A DNA stretch of 62,447 nt, the filler included, from Candidatus Ancaeobacter aquaticus (lineage in GTDB: Bacteria; Auribacterota; Ancaeobacteria; Ancaeobacterales; Ancaeobacteraceae), in the NCBI GenBank assembly GCA_030765405.1. It is 6 parts of 6 records of this genome, joined end to end, with 100 filler letters (N's around TTAATTAATTAA, not from the genome) between each part and the next. Parts side by side here need not be neighbours in the genome. Positions count along the whole stretch, not along the records: positions 57,039 to 62,447 come from JAVCCP010000082.1; 5 more parts are not named here. One strand, written 5' to 3'. The position numbers were made by a program, and so were the translations under genes. Shown here one piece after another: positions 57,153 to 62,447 of the stretch (positions are counted from its first letter, which is position 1; each line of letters starts with the position of its first letter). Under the pieces are notes generated by a model. It made no database searches. It was not told the DNA's origin and worked only from the letters and a program-made list of their open reading frames with translations.

Positions 57153-57521
57153 ATGTTATATATATTTACTGTTTTGCGTTTCTGTTTTTGGGTTTTTGTA
57201 GGTATGTTTGGGATTGCTCCTAGAGATGTTAGGAGGAAGGGTAGTTATTTGTATAAGGATGTTACTGATGATGGTGGTATATATCATTGGAGACGTACTA
57301 TTAATAGAGATTATAGAAGATATTATCGTTTTATACGTCAGCATGGTGGTGTTGAGGGGTTCCTTAGTGCGCCCTGGCATCCATGGTTTTGTTATCGCAT
57401 AGCTACGGAGACAGGGTTATGGGAGTTTGATACTAGAGATAGTAGTTATCGTCTTTTACAGTTGAGGGGTAAAAATATTTACCCCTCAAAATACTCTAAG
57501 TTCATAAAATCATTTCTGTAA
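57153..57521 (+). CDS. Hypothetical basic, aromatic-rich protein
   Basis: GAGGAG RBS before ATG at 57153; no recognisable motif. Confidence 0.45.
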   Translation: MLYIFTVLRFCFWVFVGMFGIAPRDVRRKGSYLYKDVTDDGGIYHWRRTINRDYRRYYRFIRQHGGVEGFLSAPWHPWFCYRIATETGLWEFDTRDSSYRLLQLRGKNIYPSKYSKFIKSFL

Positions 57522-57633
57522 TTCTTGTTTTTCCCTTTGGCTTTAGGTCAGCTTCGCGTTGGTGAATACGTAGATATTGTTACAACACTAAATCTTGTTG
57601 ACTTGTACATTACAATGATATATAACGCAAAAT

Positions 57634-58110
57634 ATGCAAATGAATCCAAAATATTACTATGATAGCTTTGTCAAGCCAAACTATGACGAATTCTGTGATG
57701 ATGAGGGAAGTATAAGGAAGGCATTTAATGCGATTCTCAGCCTTTTTCATATGACAGATAACTATTTTAACTATTATAAACGTAGAGGGGATCCTAGAGT
57801 TGCTCTGTTTGGTGAGTTAAAAGACTTTCAAAAACACATGGATGGAATTACGCCATATTTCAATGATGTTCAGAGTATGGCCAATGCATATAAACACTTA
57901 TATGCTAATTCTGGCAAGGCTCATGTTACTGTTGCTTCTGGCGGAGCTGTTTACGTTGAAGAAATTTCAGAAAATGACACCAGTTTAGATAATATTAACT
58001 TTGGGGGTAGTGTTTACACCGTTTATTATTTAAAAAAAGATGGTAATAGCATGCCGGTCATGGATGCTTTAAGTGGTATGATTAAAGCGTGGAAAAACTT
58101 ACTTCAATAG
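57634..58110 (+). CDS. Hypothetical protein, possible HEPN-like fold
   Basis: KAFNAILSLFHMTD...QSMANAYKH helical pattern. Confidence 0.5.
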   Translation: MQMNPKYYYDSFVKPNYDEFCDDEGSIRKAFNAILSLFHMTDNYFNYYKRRGDPRVALFGELKDFQKHMDGITPYFNDVQSMANAYKHLYANSGKAHVTVASGGAVYVEEISENDTSLDNINFGGSVYTVYYLKKDGNSMPVMDALSGMIKAWKNLLQ

Positions 58111-58194
58111 ATGTTCTAGTCGAAGACTGTGTGGGTGTGCAAAGAAACTATTTGTTTTTTACTCTAGACTGTAATTGAATGAAAGAGGTAATTT

Positions 58195-60744
58195 ATGATC
58201 TGTAAAAGTGGTTCGGTGTGGCGAAAATGGGATTTACATTTCCATACACCATCATCATATGACTATGAAAATAAAGGTATTGCGAATGAGAAAATAATCG
58301 AGGTGCTGAAAGAAAGTGAAATTGCAGTTGTCGCGATAACTGATCATCATTTTATCGATGTAAAACGAATACATAAACTGCGAGAGCTGGCTAAGGGGGA
58401 GATAACAATATTACCAGGGATCGAGTTGCGTTCTGAATTGGGTGGGAGTACATCTATCCATTTTGCAGGAATATTCTCAGAGAATTCAGATATAGATACT
58501 ATTTGGACAAAGTTGCAGGGGCAACTTCATTTAACGCCTAATGATGTTAAGGTAAAAGGTAACGATAAGGTATATTGTGATTTAGAAAAAGCAGCCAAGC
58601 TTATTTCTGAATTAGGGGGCATTGTAACAATTCATGCTGGGTCAAAAAGCAATACTATTGAGAAAATAACAAATGCTCTCCCATACAAAGAAGCAGTAAA
58701 AGAAGATATTGTAAAATCCATTAATGTTTATGAAGTTGGGAAGATTAGCGATATCGATGGGTACCGCACAAAAGTATTTCCGAGTATTAAGCGTGTAATA
58801 CCAATGATTATTTGCTCTGATAATCACAATATCAATAAATATGCTTTAAAAAATAACTGTTGGATTAAAGCTGATCCGACATTTGAAGGGTTAAGACAAA
58901 TTATTTATGAGCCTTCTAGTCGTATTTGTATTCAAGAAACAAAACCACGAGAGCCACTTTACAAATTGGAAAAAGTCGTATTTGACTTTCCTCTGGGCGT
59001 AAAAATCGTTGAGGAACCTTTTTGTTTAGAAGGGAAACATGAAATGTATTTTAACCCTCACTTGAACTGTATTATCGGGGGTAGAGGCACAGGTAAAAGC
59101 ACAATATTAAATCTGATAAGTGAGAAACTAAGACCTGGGTCAACAGTATTCTTTAAGGAAATGATGGAAGAACGTAAACTAAGAATTCCAGATAGCAAAA
59201 GTATTTATGATTGTGTATTTGTAGATGATGACAAAGAAGAAAAATATATAGAATTTTTGAGTCAAAATGAGATAGAAACATTTGCTTTAGATCATAAGAA
59301 GTTTACCGATGCAATATATCAACGATTAGAAAAGTTAGATAAAAACGATTGTCTTAAGAATCTAGAAAATAAAGTTGGAGAGGAAATAAAACAAATTGAT
59401 GAACAGATTGATCGTATCTTTGATAGAGCAACAAAAGAAAAAGAGATTTCCGATACGAGCAAAGAACTCGAAACTAATAAGAAATTAGTATCGTCATTAC
59501 AAACGGATAAATATATAGAGCTAAGCGATAATCTGTCAAAATATGATAAAGACTTAAGATGCATTGATGTTAGTAAGCAAAAATTAGATTCATTTGTAGT
59601 AGATTTAGAAACTATTGTTGAAAAACATAAGAAAAGTGATGATGTGGTTCATAATACATATGGAGAAGCATATACCAAAGAAATTAGCAGAGCGTCGAAG
59701 GTGTTAGAGGAATTAAAAAAACAAGATTATGCAGATATAATACGACATCGTGAGAAATTGGTTAGGGAAATTAAAGATACTCGTAATGATTTAGAGAAAT
59801 ATTTAGAAGAACAAGGAGTTGTAAGAGAAGACCTAACCGATATAGCTTATGCAAACTCAAAAATTAATGAGCTAACTGTAAATCTTGAAGAGTTAAAGAA
59901 TATAGCTCGGGATTTAGATGATAAAATATCAGACTTCAGTCCGGAGAAAATAGATGATGTGAAAAAAGAATTAGAAAATGAGATTAAGGCGCAGCTTGCA
60001 CCGATATCAAAAAGATTGGAAATCCTAGGAGAGGAGGTTAAGCCGATATCGCTTCTCTATGGATTTCATGATGTAGATGCAAAAACTGTTTTGTTAAAGG
60101 AATTTCAACAAATATTTGTTTCTGACGAAAAAGAAATGCCAAAAAATGATATTTTGGCTGATTATTTATTTAAGATGCAGCCACTTGACGTTATGCAAAA
60201 AGATGAATTTATCGAGGCGATCAAGAATGGTAAGGAAAAAAACTTTATAAAAACGCAGAAATATCTTTTTGATACATTCAGTTATGACAGAAATTTTGAA
60301 ATTTATAAGCTTCTAATTAAGAAAGTTTATGGAGACGTAAAACGCTTTAAGGTGATTAAAGTACTGTATGATGGTAAATCTCTCAACGATTCATCCTTTG
60401 GGCAGCGATGCACCGCTGCAATTGTTATTTTACTCATACTTGGAAATACTCCAATAATGATTGATGAACCAGAAGCTCATTTAGACAGCGCTCTTATTTC
60501 TAAGTATCTCGTCAAGTTAATAAAGGAAAAGAAGCAGACGAGACAAATTATTTTTGCAACTCACAATGCTAATTTTGTCGTCAATGGTGATGCCGAGTTA
60601 ATTCAGTGTCTTGATATGGTGAATAAACATACGACGATAATTGACATGACGATAGAAGACCTTGATCATAGAGAGAAATTATGGGAATTGGAGGGTGGCG
60701 AGGAGGCATTTAAGCAACGTGGTGACAAGTATAGTGTGGAGTAA
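58195..60744 (+). CDS. PHP phosphoesterase + ABC/SMC-type ATPase (TrlF / Ppl-like defence protein)
   Basis: WRKWDLHFHTP, TDH, GIE, SDNH (PHP); GGRGTGKS, coiled coil, SFGQR, IDEPEAHLD, ATHN. Confidence 0.88.
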   Translation: MICKSGSVWRKWDLHFHTPSSYDYENKGIANEKIIEVLKESEIAVVAITDHHFIDVKRIHKLRELAKGEITILPGIELRSELGGSTSIHFAGIFSENSDIDTIWTKLQGQLHLTPNDVKVKGNDKVYCDLEKAAKLISELGGIVTIHAGSKSNTIEKITNALPYKEAVKEDIVKSINVYEVGKISDIDGYRTKVFPSIKRVIPMIICSDNHNINKYALKNNCWIKADPTFEGLRQIIYEPSSRICIQETKPREPLYKLEKVVFDFPLGVKIVEEPFCLEGKHEMYFNPHLNCIIGGRGTGKSTILNLISEKLRPGSTVFFKEMMEERKLRIPDSKSIYDCVFVDDDKEEKYIEFLSQNEIETFALDHKKFTDAIYQRLEKLDKNDCLKNLENKVGEEIKQIDEQIDRIFDRATKEKEISDTSKELETNKKLVSSLQTDKYIELSDNLSKYDKDLRCIDVSKQKLDSFVVDLETIVEKHKKSDDVVHNTYGEAYTKEISRASKVLEELKKQDYADIIRHREKLVREIKDTRNDLEKYLEEQGVVREDLTDIAYANSKINELTVNLEELKNIARDLDDKISDFSPEKIDDVKKELENEIKAQLAPISKRLEILGEEVKPISLLYGFHDVDAKTVLLKEFQQIFVSDEKEMPKNDILADYLFKMQPLDVMQKDEFIEAIKNGKEKNFIKTQKYLFDTFSYDRNFEIYKLLIKKVYGDVKRFKVIKVLYDGKSLNDSSFGQRCTAAIVILLILGNTPIMIDEPEAHLDSALISKYLVKLIKEKKQTRQIIFATHNANFVVNGDAELIQCLDMVNKHTTIIDMTIEDLDHREKLWELEGGEEAFKQRGDKYSVE

Positions 60745-60967
60745 TATTATAAGAAATGACATTGTGTTACTATGATTAAATTCTGAGAGCCTGATGTTGT
60801 GTGCGCTAAATGTGGTATCGATGTTATAAGATTAAAATAGTTAAGAGTTTAAAGAATTGAAAATGTTACTATTGTATTTATGGTACATAAAATACATATA
60901 AAAAAGAAACTTATAATTTGCTGGGAATTCGGGAAAAATACTTGAATTGTGTGAGGGAAAACAAAAA

Positions 60968-61669
60968 ATGAATCAACAACAGATTGTTAAAGATATTTAT
61001 AAGATTAATAAGCGAGTCTGTTTAAATTTATGGAACGTTGCTAATGTTAACAGCAAATTAAATGGTCTATCACCACACCTGATTTTACCACAAAAAAGAA
61101 GTGGCGAAATACGCGTAAGCGAGCAAGAAGCCAGAGTGTTGTATTGCAGTGTGTTAAATAATTTGAATTATTTCTATTCGATAGAGACCCCAACGGAGAA
61201 TGTGTACCAGCAAAAAGGGAAAACCCCAGTGAGTGCATCTACTGATTTAAGTATGTTCATCAATAATGATAATACATTTGAGAAAGTGGTTAATGTTGAG
61301 TTTAAAGCCCATAACCCACAAGTTGAAGATATTAGAAAAGATATTGAAAAGCTTATAAGAGAAAATATAGCTGGAAATTGGTTCCATACTTTAAAAAACA
61401 TCGGCAATAAAACTATTCCAACGTTATTTGATAAATTTAAAGATTCATTTCAGAAATGTTCTAAAAATATAACTAAAAAAGTATCTTTTGTATTTTGTTT
61501 TTGTGTGCTTGAAAAGAAATGGGCATGCACAAAAGAGTTTAGTTTTGATCCAAGCCATGATGATTTATCAACGTATATCAATGATTTCTTTGATCTTGAA
61601 TATTCAGCAACAGCAAAATCAGGTTCTGTAAAAATCAATAAACTCAAGGGTTGGACATTGATTGAATAA
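60968..61669 (+). CDS. Hypothetical protein, putative PD-(D/E)XK nuclease; paralog of 7202-7933
   Basis: ATG at 60968 matches the paralog start; ASTDL...VEFK. Confidence 0.6.
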   Translation: MNQQQIVKDIYKINKRVCLNLWNVANVNSKLNGLSPHLILPQKRSGEIRVSEQEARVLYCSVLNNLNYFYSIETPTENVYQQKGKTPVSASTDLSMFINNDNTFEKVVNVEFKAHNPQVEDIRKDIEKLIRENIAGNWFHTLKNIGNKTIPTLFDKFKDSFQKCSKNITKKVSFVFCFCVLEKKWACTKEFSFDPSHDDLSTYINDFFDLEYSATAKSGSVKINKLKGWTLIE

Positions 61670-61679
61670 ATAATTTTTA

Positions 61680-61696
61680 AGCTAACAAGGTGTTGC
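61680..61696 (+). mobile_element. Possible attC R'' half-site
   Basis: AGCTAAC-AAGGT-GTTGC just after the stop; complements the GTTAGCG that precedes the paralog in contig 2; no R' found. Confidence 0.4.
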
Positions 61697-61842
61697 TTCT
61701 AACCTTTTTTCTGATTATACAAATTTTTAAAGGGGTCAACTCCCTTTTAAAACAGTTTTATGTGTACTGCCTCAACTGTCATGCAGAGTTGCATGACAGG
61801 GAAGGGTGGGTTCACGAGAACGGAAAACGGAGGAGAAAATAA

Positions 61843-62447
61843 ATGCACGAATTATATTTCGAGAAATGGATCGAATCATATTCGGAGTCTCTTCGCGGCG
61901 AATTTCACCGCGATGGTGTCATTAATGAAGAAGTCTTCTCAAATGAGAAGAGAAGAATCTTATTTGTCACCAAAGAACCTAATAGTAAAGATGGAAATTA
62001 TGACAAATATAAGGGTGCTGATCTTCGCAAGATATGGGGTGAAATATGCTTAAAGAAACCGTTTGATCGCAACATAGCGAGGTGGACTCGAATAATATGC
62101 GATGGCGATGATCCCGGTGGCTCTGTTTCTTGGCAAGATATTGCTCGTACTATGCAGCGAGTCGCGATTATCAATTTGAAGAAATTGGCGGGATCGGGTA
62201 GTGAGAATAGGGAAGAGATTTGTTTGTATTCTTATAACGATAGAGAATTTATCAGAAAACAAATTGAATTGATTAATCCCAATGTAATTATCGCGTGCGG
62301 TAAAGATGGACTTGTGTTCAGAATGTTATGGCGAATAATGTATGAGAAAGGCAAAATCTGTTTTCCTGCAGCTATAACGAAAGAATTTCTAGTTTGCATA
62401 CAAGGGCGGAATATCCCTGTATTTTGTACATATCATCCGTCCTTGCG
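61843..62447 (+). CDS. Uracil-DNA-glycosylase-fold protein, runs off window end (absent from ORF track)
   Basis: GGAGGA RBS; 201 open codons MHELYFEKW...ILFVTKEPN...VAIINLKK...QIELINPNVIIACG...TYHPSL. Confidence 0.75.
   Translation, partial: MHELYFEKWIESYSESLRGEFHRDGVINEEVFSNEKRRILFVTKEPNSKDGNYDKYKGADLRKIWGEICLKKPFDRNIARWTRIICDGDDPGGSVSWQDIARTMQRVAIINLKKLAGSGSENREEICLYSYNDREFIRKQIELINPNVIIACGKDGLVFRMLWRIMYEKGKICFPAAITKEFLVCIQGRNIPVFCTYHPSL

Noticed and set aside
554..59564. Many 60-150 aa antisense or overlapping track ORFs
   Set aside because: Shadows of longer genes with clear motifs; no RBS or domain support
61760..62262. Track ORFs 61760-62053 (+) and 62050-62262 (-)
   Set aside because: Out-of-frame or antisense to the UDG-fold ORF at 61843, which has the RBS and the motifs

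Overview
Low-GC bacterial scaffold made of six contigs (1-6102, 6203-15751, 15852-21481, 21582-52531, 52632-56938, 57039-62447). They are joined by five 100-nt N gaps that each carry an artificial TTAATTAATTAA linker, so adjacency across gaps is unproven. The gene style suggests an Omnitrophota-like (PVC-related) MAG; this is inference only. Contig 1 is housekeeping (tuf 5' end, tRNA-Thr, DUF1015, DUF4416, GHL10). Contig 2 is a defence/cassette island: a DUF4011-helicase-nuclease (Hhe-like) gene that a -1 shift at an A9 tract would fuse to a DUF3320+WYL ORF, a degenerate integron attC, and nuclease-like genes. Contigs 3-4 hold three very large orphan proteins with a shared export leader (FLCxN...LAP). 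Two of these are tandem mosaics that end in a sigma70 region 1.2-3-like domain, and one also carries HEAT repeats and two GNAT domains; this is the most unusual system in the window. The rest of contig 4 is ordinary (deaD, OprB, PAS kinase with two receivers, CoA-disulfide reductase-rhodanese, RND pump, TspO, Csp, 2H phosphoesterase). Contig 5 has a PilB/GspE-REC fusion with two receivers behind an IS66 end. Contig 6 is a second defence island (HEPN-like, PHP-ATPase/Ppl-like, nuclease-like, and a UDG-fold ORF missed by the ORF track). All family calls come from motif recognition by eye; no database was searched.
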